Shown here: piece by piece, positions 36,989-50,024 of the stretch | How the letters are laid out: each line of letters starts with the position of its first letter | Position numbering within the stretch: position 1 is the stretch's first letter | NCBI RefSeq assembly: GCF_006345805.1 | Contig: NC_043023.1 | Span: 310,001-374,000, forward strand | Reading direction: 5' to 3' | Length of the DNA: 64,000 bases | Source of the DNA: Octopus sinensis | Lineage: Eukaryota | Notes under the pieces: generated by a model | Database searches by the model: none | What the model was told of the DNA's origin: nothing | The model's input: only the letters and a program-made list of their open reading frames with translations | Program-made: the position numbers and the translations under genes

Positions 36989-37887
36989 ACATACATACAT
37001 ACATACATACATACATACATACATACATACATACATACATACATACGGGTATATATAAAGCAATGTCGGTAATTGTAATCTTGCATTTATTCCTTTATTC
37101 CGGTCGTTTCAATATTATATAGTTCAGATACATTATGAATATAAATATGATTGCAGAATATTATAACATTGCCTGCGATTCATGTTCGTCTCATGAAAGA
37201 TCAGGTCGTGTGCGTGTATGTGTGTCTTATTATTTGCATAAACAAGTTTTATGTATAGAATTTTAAACAAGAATGTATCTGTTTGGATTTGCAGATGCTG
37301 CTGCTTTTAGTCAGAGATCGGTAGGCCTCCCCCACCCCCGGTCAAGGTGTGTCGCCATAATCATCACAGTAATAATGAAAAGCATCGTCAACAAGTTGAA
37401 CAGAAACAGAAATGCAAAAGTGGAAGACTTTTAGAGACATAAGAACGATCGAAATGGCAAAAATAGAGATAGAGAGAGAGAAAGCAAGAGGGGGAAAGAG
37501 AGAGGGAGAAAGCGAGAGAGGTAGAGAAGGAGAGAGAGGAGAAATAGAGAGGGAGACAGAGACAGAGGGAAAGAGAAAGAGCGCGCGCGAGCGAGAGACA
37601 GAGAGAGCTTTGCTGCTTAAAAAAATAAAAAGAACAGGTATATTTGCTCAAGTATTGAGTAACATTTCTACTGTTAGTTCTAAGCAATCACACACAAACA
37701 CACACGTGAGAGAGAGAGAGAGAGGAGAGAGAGAAGATAGAGAGAGAGAGAGAGAAAGAAAGAGAGAGAGAGTGTGTGTGTGTGTGTGTGAGAGAGAGAA
37801 AGAGAGTAAATGTATGACAAGATAAAGTTTGTATGATAGCGAAGACGAGAAAGCGAACCAAACATTGATCTTTAGTGAGAATACAAG

Positions 37888-37931
<44 letters not shown>

Positions 37932-38275
37932 TATATATATGTATGTATGTATATATATATATGAGAGAGAGAGAGGGGAGGGAGAGAGAGAGAGACAAAT
38001 ATATTACAAGTGGGGAGAGATTTAGAAGAGAGAGGGGAAGAGGAGGGAAATATATATATGTATATGTGTGAGGAGGTAGGAAAGGAGGAAGAAAAAAAAC
38101 GAAGTCACAGAGAAAGATTGGAGAACGAGGAACAGGGGAGTTAATCGGATTAGTTCTTGTTAATCCCACCGTTTCAGCATTACTGTCTCTGATCTTCAAA
38201 CTTTAACATACAGCATATTTTCAAAGACTGCTCTGTCTGTCTGTCGCTCTGCAAGTCTGTCTGTCTCTCTATGTA

Positions 38276-38307
<32 letters not shown>

Positions 38308-38309
<2 letters not shown>

Positions 38310-38521
38310 CTTGTTTCATTCATTAGACTGCGGTAATGCTGGGGCACCGTCTCGAAGAATTTAACTGGAACGAATCAACTCCATACTTTTTTTTGTAAAG
38401 CCCGATATTTATGCCATCGGTCCTTCTTGTCGAACCGCTACATCACAGGAACGTAAACGCACTAGCACCGGTTGTCAACTGGTGGAGAGGGACAAATACA
38501 TAGAGACAGCACACACACACA

Positions 38522-38552
<31 letters not shown>

Positions 38553-38760
38553 CATATTCTTTTATTCTTTTACTTATTTCCGTCATTTGACTGCAGCCAT
38601 GCTGGAGCACCGCTTTTAGTCGAACAAATCGACCTAAGGTCTTATTCTCTGTAAACCAATTACTTATTTTGTCGGTCATTTTTGCCGAACCGCTAAGTTA
38701 CAGGGACGTAAACACACCAACATCGATTATCAAGCGATAGTGGAGGGGGGACAAACACAC
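38308..38760 (-). mobile_element. Two family A SINE 3' halves
   Basis: Reverse-complement matches to the family A body. Confidence 0.8.
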
Positions 38761-38866
38761 AAATAAATATATATAGGGAGAGTTTACGAAAAAAAGCAAA
38801 AGACGAAGACAGGTAGTGTACAAAACAAACAGATGTATTAGTATAACGCTCGGAAATTGAAAAAGT

Positions 38867-38902
38867 CTTTAACTTTTCGAGCCTATGCTCTTCTACAGAA
38901 AG
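38867..38902 (-). ncRNA. Second copy of the variant-core hammerhead-like motif (18882 family)
   Basis: Minus strand CTTT-CTGTAGA-A-GAGC(ATAG)GCTC-GAAAAGTT-AAAG, in a repeat homologous to 18860-19000. Confidence 0.4.
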
Positions 38903-39001
38903 GAACACAGAAAAAAAAACAAGGAGAGAAAAAAAATGTGTGTATGTGTATATATATATATATATATATGTATGTATATATATAATATATATGTATGTAT
39001 G

Positions 39002-39042
<41 letters not shown>

Positions 39043-39089
39043 TGTATGTATGTATGTATATATATATATATAGTATGTATGTATATAAT

Positions 39090-39133
<44 letters not shown>

Positions 39134-39293
39134 ATGGGCTTCTTTCAGTTTCTGTCTACCAATTCTACTCGCAAGGTTTTGATCGGTCTGTTTCCTCTGT
39201 CTTTATGGTGGTCTATCCTTTTCTCTCAGGCTGACAGAACAAAGATAGACCGGCAAACTGATGGACTATCTCCGATCAATTTTTCTTCCGGTC

Positions 39294-39648
39294 CAGTGGT
39301 TCTCAACCGGAGTCCATATGGCTCCTGATGATTCATGGAAGATTTTTAGGAGCCCACAACAAAATAGTAAACTGGGGATCTTCAGTAGTATTTTAAGGGA
39401 CCATAGAAATTTTGCTTTAGATGTGTTGGAATGTACAAGAAACAGCTGGGTTTCTTTCTCCAATATTTTACATAGTTCAACCTAGACGATGGGTGAAAAA
39501 CGTAATAGGAATTTTTAAAGAACATTTTATAAAACTAGTTTTCAAACACAGAATGGCTATGGTGGTGGTGGTGGTGGTGGTGGTGGGGTCTGCCAAAATA
39601 AAATAGGAATCGAAAGAGTCCATAGATAAAAATGGTTGAGAACATCCG
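39294..39648. mobile_element. hAT (Charlie-like) MITE
   Basis: Ends CAGTGGTTCTCAACC ... GGTTGAGAACATCCG. Flanking 8-mers TTCCGGTC / CCTTGGTC are only partly identical. Confidence 0.7.
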
Positions 39649-40849
39649 CCTTGGTCTATCTTCCAGTCTATCTCTGCTGTGGCTTTTATCAGTCTAACTT
39701 CATACGTAACGTGTCATTCTACTTTTGTCTATCAATCAATAAAGATGTTCTGTCTGTCACAATCATCGGATGCCTTCGCCACACAGGAAAAACAAACGGG
39801 GTGGTCACGGTGAGAATGCTTTTGATCATAGGAGTCTTCAACAGGATTGACCTGGTATGAAACTACCAATAACAAAAACATTTTCTACCAACCGCTAATA
39901 CTCCCCACTCACTCACTCACTCCTACACAATCGTTTCCGCCATCTTAACTCAATCACCTCTACCCGCAAATCCGAACCGACTTTCTCTTCTCTGTGTACG
40001 CACATGCGCGAACACGCGCACACCCTTCCCTTTTATCTTAATGTACCCACTTCTACCCGCAACTCCCACAAATCTGCCACATTCATTCACCAGTTACACA
40101 CACACACACACACACATACAAAAGTACACGTGCATACATATACACACAAAAGAATACACAAACGTAGACGCACGAACACATACATACACACAAATACACA
40201 CTTAGACGCATATACACACACACACAAATACACATGCACACGCAGATATACAGACAATACTCTTCGATACACACACACCTTTCTGCACATACACACAGAT
40301 GCACACACAAGACACACTAAAATAAATACACACACACACACACACACACCTCTTGCTTTCCATCGTAATATCCCCTTCGCTACTTCCCCACTCCAAACGT
40401 TACAACTCTATCCAGCCCACAACACACCCCTACCCTCTCTCTGTTCATCCTAACTGCACCCACCTCCACCCGGAACTCGCACCACCCGACCGACCGACCG
40501 TCCATTCATTCATTCACAAGTCTAACCGTATCAATTTGTCGTAAAAGACAAAACGAAAGAAGAAGGGAGAAAATGAAAACTGCACGCTGTTACATCACAA
40601 TTGCACTTACTGTGCACTCGTTGTGCATTCGGGGGCCCCCACCCCACCCCACTGACACGAATCCCAAATCCACACCTCAGCCACCCCACAGACACAGAGA
40701 CCACTGCTTCCGCCATCTTGCCTTCTACTTCCACCATTTTCTTTTTCTTTCTTTCTTTCTTATTATTTTATGTTAAACCTCACTCGTCCCTTGTTTAATA
40801 TTGTCCCTTTTTGCTTTGTGTTCGGTCCTTGTGGCCAATAAAGAAAAAC

Positions 40850-40884
<35 letters not shown>

Positions 40885-40888
<4 letters not shown>

Positions 40889-41960
40889 AATGGTGAGCTG
40901 GCAGAATCGTTAACTGAACGAAATCCTTAGCAATGTTTCGTCTGTCTTCATGTTCTGAAAGTTGCCTTTCATCGTTTCGGGGTCGATAAATTAAGTACCA
41001 GTTGCGTATTGGGGTCGATCTAATCGACTGCCCCCTCCCCCCAAAATTTCGGGCCTTGTGCCTAGACTAGAAATTCTTCTTCTTCTTCTTATTATTATTA
41101 TTATTATTGAAGGCGGCGAGCTAGCAGAATCGTTAAGCACGCCGGGCAAAGTTCTTAGCGGCATTTTGTCCGTCTTTACGTTCTGAGTTCAAATCCCACC
41201 GAGGTCGACTTTGCCTTTCATCGTTTCGGGGTCAATATAATAAGTACCCGTTGAACACCGGAGTCGACGTAATCGCCTAGCCCCACAACCCCCAAAATGT
41301 CAGGCCTTGTGCTTATAGTAGAAAGTTGTGGTGGCTTGCTGGCAGAGTTGTCAGAGGGTTGTACAAAATGTAGAAAATGCCTCACGGTATTTCGTTGCTC
41401 TTTACGTTCTGAGTTCATGTTCCGTCAAGGTCGACTTTGCTTTTCATCCTTCCGGATTCGATAAAATAAATACCAGTTGAGCACTGGAGTCAATGTAATC
41501 GATTTATCCCCTTCCAACCTTGAAATCATTATTAAAACGGTGAACTTCCAAAATTGTTAGCACGCCAGATAAAATGCTGAACAGTCAGTCTTTACGTTTA
41601 GAGTTCAAATTCAGCCGAGGTCGACTTTACCGTTCATCCTATTGGGGGTCGATAAAATAAGTACCAGTTGAGCACTAGTATCGATGTAAATGATCTACGC
41701 CCTCCTCCGAACTTGGTCTTGTGCCAAAACTTCAAATAATAATCATCATCATCGTTATTATCATTATCAAGGCGGCGAGCTGGCGGAAACGTTAGCACCC
41801 CGGACAGAATGCTTAGCGGCGGCATTCCTTTTTCTAAGTTCAAATTTCGCCGAGATTGACTTAAGCCTGTCATCCTTTCGGGTTCGATAAAATAATGTAC
41901 CAGTTAGCTACTGGGGTTCATGTAAACGACTCTTCCAACCCCAGAATTTCAGCCCTTCTA
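40885..41960 (+). mobile_element. Head-to-tail train of five family B SINEs
   Basis: Copies start near 40885, 41110, 41335, 41535 and 41768. Several are preceded by (TTA)n/(TCA)n tracts. Confidence 0.85.
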
Positions 41961-42094
41961 CAAAGAATTGCTATATCATTATTCTCTCCCTCTCCCTCTC
42001 TGTCGCCTGCACAGTCAATACCATCTATACTAGTGCACATACCACAACCTTTGAGTGACCATAGAAATGATGATTCTTGTTTAGCCCTTGGTCA

Positions 42095-42541
42095 GTCCTG
42101 ATCCAGCAGACCTCTATTTGAAGATGTTCTGGCTATAATCATCCCATTTTATATTCAAATAGTGTCGTCTATCTAGGACTAAATTATATAATGTATTCTA
42201 TAGAAGAATTACTGGCTATAATTGCTGTTGTGTAACCGCAGGCCAGTCCTGATCCAGACAGACCTATGATCAAAGATGTTCTAGCTGAGACCATCCCATC
42301 TTATATTCAGACATACTGTATCTAGGACTACATTATCTAATGTATAGTATTATAGTCTGTATTAGTGGTTATGGTTGTCGTTGCTTAAGCCCATGCCTGT
42401 CCTAATCCAGTCGACCCATGATCAAAGATGTTCCAGCTGTGACCATCCTATCTTATATTCAGACATAGTGGATCTAGGACTACATCAGTTGTCTACTGTA
42501 GTAGTAATAGTAGTTGTAGTAGCAGCAGCAGCAGCAGTATC

Positions 42542-42573
<32 letters not shown>

Positions 42574-42790
42574 CTCTTGTTGAAGTTATTGATGTTCAAT
42601 CCCTGGTCCGTCCAGCTGCAGCAAACCCGTGATCAAAGATGTTCCACTTGTGTCAATCTTGGTGTCTTTTATTCGGACACAGTCCACCTAGGACTACATT
42701 ACCTTATGTGCCACTCCTTAAATTAAAACAAATATTTGAGGGAAATTTGGCTGCTATGTTTAGTAGGTCTAGCGACCATATAGGCGGTTC
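42095..42790 (+). repeat. Degenerate array of four approximately 90-bp units followed by one inverted copy of the 44-kb unit
   Basis: GTCCTGATCCAG..ACCTATGATCAAAGATGTTC..ATCTAGGACTACATTA recurs at about 42095, 42246, 42399 and 42608. 42735-42790 is the reverse complement of the 44-kb unit. Confidence 0.8.
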
Positions 42791-44064
42791 TTATGGTGGT
42801 GGTGATGATGGTGATGAGGGCAGTGGTGGTGGTGATGATGAAGATGGTGGTGGTGGGGTGGCGGTAATGATGAATATGATGACAATTATGATAATGGTGA
42901 TGCGGTGGTGGAGGTGTCGGTGGAATTCTTCATTCTTCGCAATCACAGCTGCCTTCACTGTTTTAACCACCACCACCACCACCACCATGGCAACAACCTC
43001 GCCCCCACCCCACCACTGCTACATAACCACCACAGCCGTAACTATGACAACCACCACCACCAGTACCCCTATTACTGCTGATAACCATCTTTGCTGACCT
43101 AATACAATGTCAATACCACCGCTACTACAACAGTGACTACATCACAACCACCATCACCACAATACTATTGCCGCCACTGTAAGCAACTATTGCTATTGGC
43201 ACCACAACCACGAACACTACAACCGCTACAACAACTACCAACTCTATCTTCAAAAGCACTATTCCCCCCCCCCACTCGTACTACCACCATCGCCACTACA
43301 ACCTACACCACCAGCATACCATAGTGAACAATGTCACCACTACAGTGACACAATACGCTACCACACTAACTACTACATCATCACAACCACCTGTACTACT
43401 ACCTCTACCTTTAATACAATTACTACCACTACTGCCACCGTTACCATCACCACCACCACTATACTACCATTGCTACTGCCACAACTACTGCTGCCGCCAC
43501 TACTACTATCACTACCACCGCTACTACAACTACTACCAGCAGAGCCAACATAGTAAGCAACACTACTACCACAACCACCAACACCACCACTACCACCAAA
43601 ATTACAACCACTGCCACCGACACCACCACCTATGCTGTAAGCGCCACTACTACTATTACTACTACTACTGCTGCTACTGCTACTACTACTACTACTACTG
43701 CTGCTACTACTGTCAGCGCCGCCAACATAGTAAGCAAAGCCACTACCACCACCACAACAGCCACCGCAATCACCATTACCACCAGCTCCATCACCATCAC
43801 CGCCTATACCACCAACACCACCACAAGTGCCACTGTCACTACCACCAGATCTTCTAACATTAGCAATCACCTGTACAACACCACAACACTGACTACAACT
43901 ACAACCACCACTACTGCTACACACCACCGCCTATACCACCACCAGAAGATAGGACGATCCTCCGATTCACCTCCACCCGCACCCACACCCTTCACCGTCT
44001 GTCATGACATAACAATGTAATCAGATTTATTAGAGAAGAGACGACACAGAGAGACAGCCAGCTG

Positions 44065-45215
44065 TTAGAAATAGCAGCCAAATTCCCCTCATCTCACACC
44101 CTACTGTTTTATGTATGTGAATATGTATGTATGAGCCAATGAGAGGGACCTCCATATGGTAGCTAGATCTGGTAGAAATAGCAGCCAAATCTCCCTCAAA
44201 TCACACCCTCCCATCTTATGTATGTATATGTATGAGTCAATGAAGAAGACCTCTATATGGTAGATTGACCTCGTAGAAATAGCAGCCAAATCTCCCTCAA
44301 ATCAGACCCAACTCTCTTATGTATGTATATATGTATGTATGAGTCAATGAGGGAGACCTCGACATGGTAGCTAGATCTGGTAGAAATAGCAGCCAAATCT
44401 CCCTCAATTTACACCCTACTCTCATATGCATGTAAATATGTATGAGTCAATGAGGGAAGCCTCTACATGGTAGCTAGACCTGCTAGAAATACCAACTGGA
44501 TTTCCCTCAAATCACACCCTACTCTCGTATGTATGTATGTAGGGACCAATGAGGGAAGCCTCTATCTGGTAGGTAGACTTGCTTGAAATAGCAAGCTCAT
44601 CTCCCTCAAATCGCATTCTACTGTCTTACATACTATATATAAGTTTGAGCCAATGAGGTAGACCTTAACATGATAGCAAGACGTGGTAGAAATAGCAGCC
44701 AAATCTCCCTCAAATCACACCCTACAGTATTTTGTATCTATGATCCAATAAGGGAGACCTCTACATGGTAGATAAACGTGTTAGAAATGGCAGCCAAATC
44801 TCTCTCAAATCACACTCTCCTGTCTTTTGTATGTATATATGTATGTATGATCCAGTGAGAGAGACCTCTACATGGTAGCTAGACCTGGTAGAAATGGCAG
44901 CCAAATTTCTCTCAAATCACACCCTTCTGTCATCTCTCTCTCTCTATATATATATATACATGCATATATATATATATATATTATATATATATATATATAT
45001 GCATGTATGAGCCAATGAGGGAACCTTTACATGGTAGATAGGGTACAAATAGCAGCCAAATCTCCTATAAATCACAAACTACTGTCTTATTTAAGTATTT
45101 ATGTATGTTTGAACCAATGAAGGCTAGGTCTGGTAGATATAGCAGCCAAATCTCCCTCAAATCACATCCTATTGTGTAATGGGCCAACGAGGGAGATTTG
45201 TACATGGTAGCTACA
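44065..45215 (+). repeat. Minisatellite array of about 11 units (about 100 bp)
   Basis: GTAGAAATAGCAGCCAAATCTCCCTCAAATCACACCCTAC-(TATG)n-GAGCCAATGAGGGAGACCTCTACATGGTAGCTAGA repeated head-to-tail. A solo fragment lies at about 53892-53926. Confidence 0.9.
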
Positions 45216-46578
45216 AACCCCCAACACTCCGTCGACAATCAAACCACCACCACCACCACCACCACCACCACCGCCACCACCACCACCATCGCATGCAGTT
45301 GCATGCGTGCATTAGCAGCAGTAGCAGCCAATACAATTCCACATAGCAGCGACTGCAGAGTCAGCAGGTTCAATCTGCAAGGGAAGGAGAAAGGAGCCAT
45401 TATAGAAAAGTGCATCCTTCGTTAGATTACATCTTTGTGTGGGGATGTGTGTGACCCTATTAACATGCGTATGTAATCGCGCGCGCGTGCGTGTGTGTGT
45501 GCGTGCGTGAATGTGCGTGTGAGTGTGTGTGAGGGAGTGTGTGTGAGGGAGTGTGTGTGTGTGTGTGTGTGTGTGTATGCGCGAATGTGTGTACTATGAA
45601 TAAGTGTTTGTGTCTATATGCTTCTATGTGTGTGTATATATCCTTCTCTGTGTGTATGTGTGTGTGTGAATATGTATCAATGGATATGTGTGTATGTGTG
45701 TGTGAATGTATTATGAATCCGTGTGTGTGTGTGTGTGTGTGTCTGTGTGTGTGAATAAGTGTGTATGTATTTGTGTCTATATCCTTGTGTGTGTGTGTAT
45801 ATATTCTTCTGTGTGTGTATGTGTGTGTGTGTGAATATGTTTGTATCAATGGATATATGTAAATGTGTTTGTGTGTGTGTGAATGTATTACGAATCCGTG
45901 TGTGTGTGTCTATGTGTGTGAGTGTGTATATGTAAATATGCACATCTGTGTAAATGAAGGTGTGTAAATGTATATCCGCGTGTTTACATCCGCATGTGTA
46001 TGTATTGCGCAGTGTGTGTTTATCACTATGTAACTATGTGTGTGTGTGTGTGTGTGTGTGTGTAGGTATGTATCAATCTGAGTAGGAGTGTGTATGATGA
46101 GTTGTGTCTGTGTGCATGTTCTTGTATGTGTAGTTATTTATCTGTGTATCTCTCTCTACATGTGTGTGAGTGTGTGTGTGTGAGTGTGTGTGTGTGTGTG
46201 TGGATGTACGATTGTGTATCGATGTATGTGTGTCTTACGAATGCGCATGTGTGCGTGTGTAGTTATCTATCTGTTTATCTCTATGTATCTGTATGTGTGT
46301 ATGAAGGTGTGTGTGTGTGTGTATCTATGGATGCGTAATAGTGCATGTGTATAGCTATCTATTCCTTTATCTGTGTGTGTGTGTGTGCAATTATCTATCT
46401 GCATGTGCTTGCACGTGTGTATGAGGTGGGGGTGAGTCTGGAGGTGTGCGTATCTCCGTATATGTGTCTGTATGTATGCGAACTTGTGTATTGTTATCTG
46501 TTTAATCTGCTTGTGTGCGCGTATCTTTGTGAGTGCCTGTCTCTATCTTAATGTATGTATGTATCTATCTATCTGTCC

Positions 46579-46673
<95 letters not shown>

Positions 46674-48027
46674 GGTGTGTGTGTATGTGTACGAACGTGT
46701 CTATTTATCTACGTGTGTGTGTGTGTATGCTGAGTCGTCGAAGAATGTCAGCTGGGAATCAAAGACCTGCTTTGGGGAATATTGATTTCTTGCGTGATAA
46801 AGCGAAGGCCGTATATTCCTGGAATATATCGAAACAGCTCCGCCGCCGCCGCCACCACCATCCTCGCCCCCGCCACCACCACCATCCTCGCTCCCGCCGC
46901 CACCACCCTCACCATCGCCCCCTTCCATCAACGTTCTTGCCCTCAGCCCCCATCAAATCCTCCCCCCCTCCGTATATTGAGTCTCGAGAACATAAAATAG
47001 AAAGACCACCACCACCAAACCCCACCCCACCCTCTTGCACGTATTTTTCTCACCGATATTCGCGCGAAATCACGAGCTCGAATCACGCCCAGGTTTCATT
47101 TTTGCCTTTCATGCAATCGTGGGGACCACAGCGATGAAATTGGAAGAATTTATTAAGAGCATCATAGACAATGCCTTGTGGTATTTTCTCTCTGAGTTCA
47201 AATCCCACAGACGTCAGGCATAGTTTTGCGGTAAGAAGCTTGCTCCCCAACCACGTGTTCCCAGGTTCAGATTAACTGCGCGGAACTTTGAGTAGCGTCT
47301 TCTATTATAGCCTTGAACCAATCAATACTTTGTATGGGAATTTGGGAAAGAGAAACTGTGATGAAGCCCTTCACATGTGTGTGTGTTTTTACGTTTGTCA
47401 CTTCTATCGCTTGATAACCAGCGTTGGTTTGTTTACGTTCTCGTAATTCAGCGGTTCGACGGGATCGATATATTTAACTAAGCCCCACCCCCCAGCAGGG
47501 CCGGAGTCCAGGGGTTGAAGCAAGCCAAAGATAAGATTTTTCCAGGGGTCAATAAATAAAAGACTATCAAAAGAGAAACGGTCTTTTGTTCTGGTACTTG
47601 ATCTCTACGCTCCGAGTTCGAATTCTGCCAACGTGAACTTGTTCCCGGAAAGGATGAAAAGTAAAGTATCAGACCAAAGATGGGCAGGGGGTGAGGTGGA
47701 GCAATTATTTGAGCGTCGGATGAGAGGGGATGAGGCGGTTTGGTGCGGTTGTTTGGACGTTGATGATTCGACACAGTTGACTGGACATTAAGGCTGTTTT
47801 GACTATGTTTTCGGACTGGAGGTAAAGCTGATGAAAAGAGTAAATTTACAGAAGCATCGATGATGATTCAAAAGACAGATCTGGGTTGAGAACAGTGGAA
47901 AACAGTTGTCGATGGCCCATACGCCATAGGGAATGATGAACTTTAAGGAACTATAAAAAGGTGACCATCAGATGTGTATTTTTTTTTGGGGGGGGCATGA
48001 ATATGCTTTCCAAATAAGTGTTACTTT

Positions 48028-48727
48028 AATATTTCTTCCCTTGAAGTCATTAGCTGTCATACCCGTATAGTGCCTAGTAATGCCATCAGATTGTGTTAGG
48101 ATGGCTCTGTATACCACGGCCCTTGAGAGGCAGGATCCTTCTAGACATGATAGGGTTTAGGAAGTTGCAGGTTGGGGTAGGGGATGGTGCGAGCGCATTT
48201 TTACGTCTGTTGATGCGTGCGATGTTAGATGCAATGTTGTCTAAGCAGGAGTAGCTTACCTTGACATTATGGGGATTGAAGAGTTTGTAATACTTGTGGC
48301 CTCTGGGGAACTGTTTCTTAATTAACGACAGGAAGCCCCTAGCTATGCTGGTGGAAACTTCTAGGTTGAAAGGGATGTTATGTAATTTCCCTTTCTTAAT
48401 CATTTTGGGGTCAGAAGAGGGTGCGTGAAGGCTGTCCACGTATAGGAGCTTCTCAGTAAACCCCCTCCTAGCCAAAGCATCATTGTAGTGGGTTGTTGAA
48501 GATATCTCTATTGGTCAAGAGATTGGATAGTCGTTTGCTAATGCCTGAAACCCGTTTTCAGGCATCACAACGGGGGGATGGTTTGAGTTCTTGTGGATCT
48601 ATACTGTTTCCTCGTTTGACTTCCTGAACGGGTAATACTTACACGTGTTCAGGTCAAAGGTTACGTCCTAGAATACGACCGTAGCCAGGCTGGTGTTAAC
48701 TGGTATGGAGAGGCCGAACTCCTTCAT
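48028..48727 (-). mobile_element. Penelope-like element fragment (RT C-terminus, linker, GIY-YIG start), pseudogenised
   Basis: DVTFDLNT.KYYPFRK...IHKNSNHPP; PFNLEVSTSIARGFLSLIKKQFPRGHKYYKLFNPHNVKVSYSCLDN; frameshifted VVYRA...HYTGMTANDFKGR (GIY-YIG-like). Stops and frameshifts present. Confidence 0.9.
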
Positions 48728-49460
48728 TCAAATTCAAAATGGCTGAGGATTAGCATCACGCTTGAAACTCGGAGTACCAACGAATTTAAATCAAATTGTT
48801 CTGATCCATGTATACAGACACGCGGGCGCGGGGGAAATTCTACTGGGGTCGGTTAGTGCTGTCACCTACAGTTGCTTACATACATACAACGGGTTCCATA
48901 AAGTTTCCGTTTACCAAATTTACTCACAAGGCATTGGTCGACCTAGGATTACACTAAAGACCTCGGATTACAGTAGAGACTTGCCCTAGTTTCCGTTCAT
49001 TGGGACTGAACCCGAGAGCAAAGTGAGCTTCTTAACACCACACCCACCTCTCTCTATATATATACACACACACATCGTCAAATAAGCATATTTGATGCGT
49101 GACGTGGTGTAAAAATGAAAGAGTTCCGACATGATGCTACATTAATACACACACAAACATAAAAGCAGACACCTTTTTTCAAACACACACAGACACACAT
49201 TCTTCCCACACACATAACTTAGAAAACTGTATTCGTATATATATGCATGAAACTGTATGTGCATGTACATATGTACGTATGCATACAGATATATATGAGC
49301 ACGTGTACGCGCATACTCAGTCTTAATACACAAACAAACAGTATATATACATATATACACACACTCAAACAATAATACGCGATAGGAATGTATAACAAGA
49401 GTGAGTCACAATTAGCGATAGCCCCACCGTCGCTGCCACAGCGTGTATATGCATGTATGG

Positions 49461-49515
<55 letters not shown>

Positions 49516-49605
49516 AACGCACTGGGATGCATATACACGCGAAGAGTTTGTAAATACTTAAAAAGCACGCATATACTGCAGGCTATATATATGTGTATGT
49601 ATATA

Positions 49606-49650
<45 letters not shown>

Positions 49651-49887
49651 CATATATATATATATATAGATATATATATATTATATATATACATACACAC
49701 ACACGCCACACGTACAATTATACCAGAGGCGCAGAAAACAATGCAACAAGGGGTGTTGAATGCAACAAAGGTGCGTAAAACACGCAACTGAATAAAACAG
49801 AAATGAGTATATATATACATGTATGTATGCATGTATGTATGTGTATCTATACATTCCTACACGCGTGGGCTCGGTTATAAACATGCA

Positions 49888-49950
<63 letters not shown>

Positions 49951-49984
49951 ATTACATGTCTACCACAACATTTATAGAACACAC

Positions 49985-50024
<40 letters not shown>

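Noticed and set aside
44065-45215. CRISPR-like repeat-spacer appearance
   Set aside because: Eukaryotic context, repeats too long and divergent, spacers are related microsatellites, and there are no cas genes.
46727-47137. Open frame MLSRRRMSAGNQRP... and palindromic STAT-type TATATTCCTGGAATATA (46812-46828)
   Set aside because: The frame is kept open by a GC-rich trinucleotide tract, and a single motif is insufficient evidence of function.
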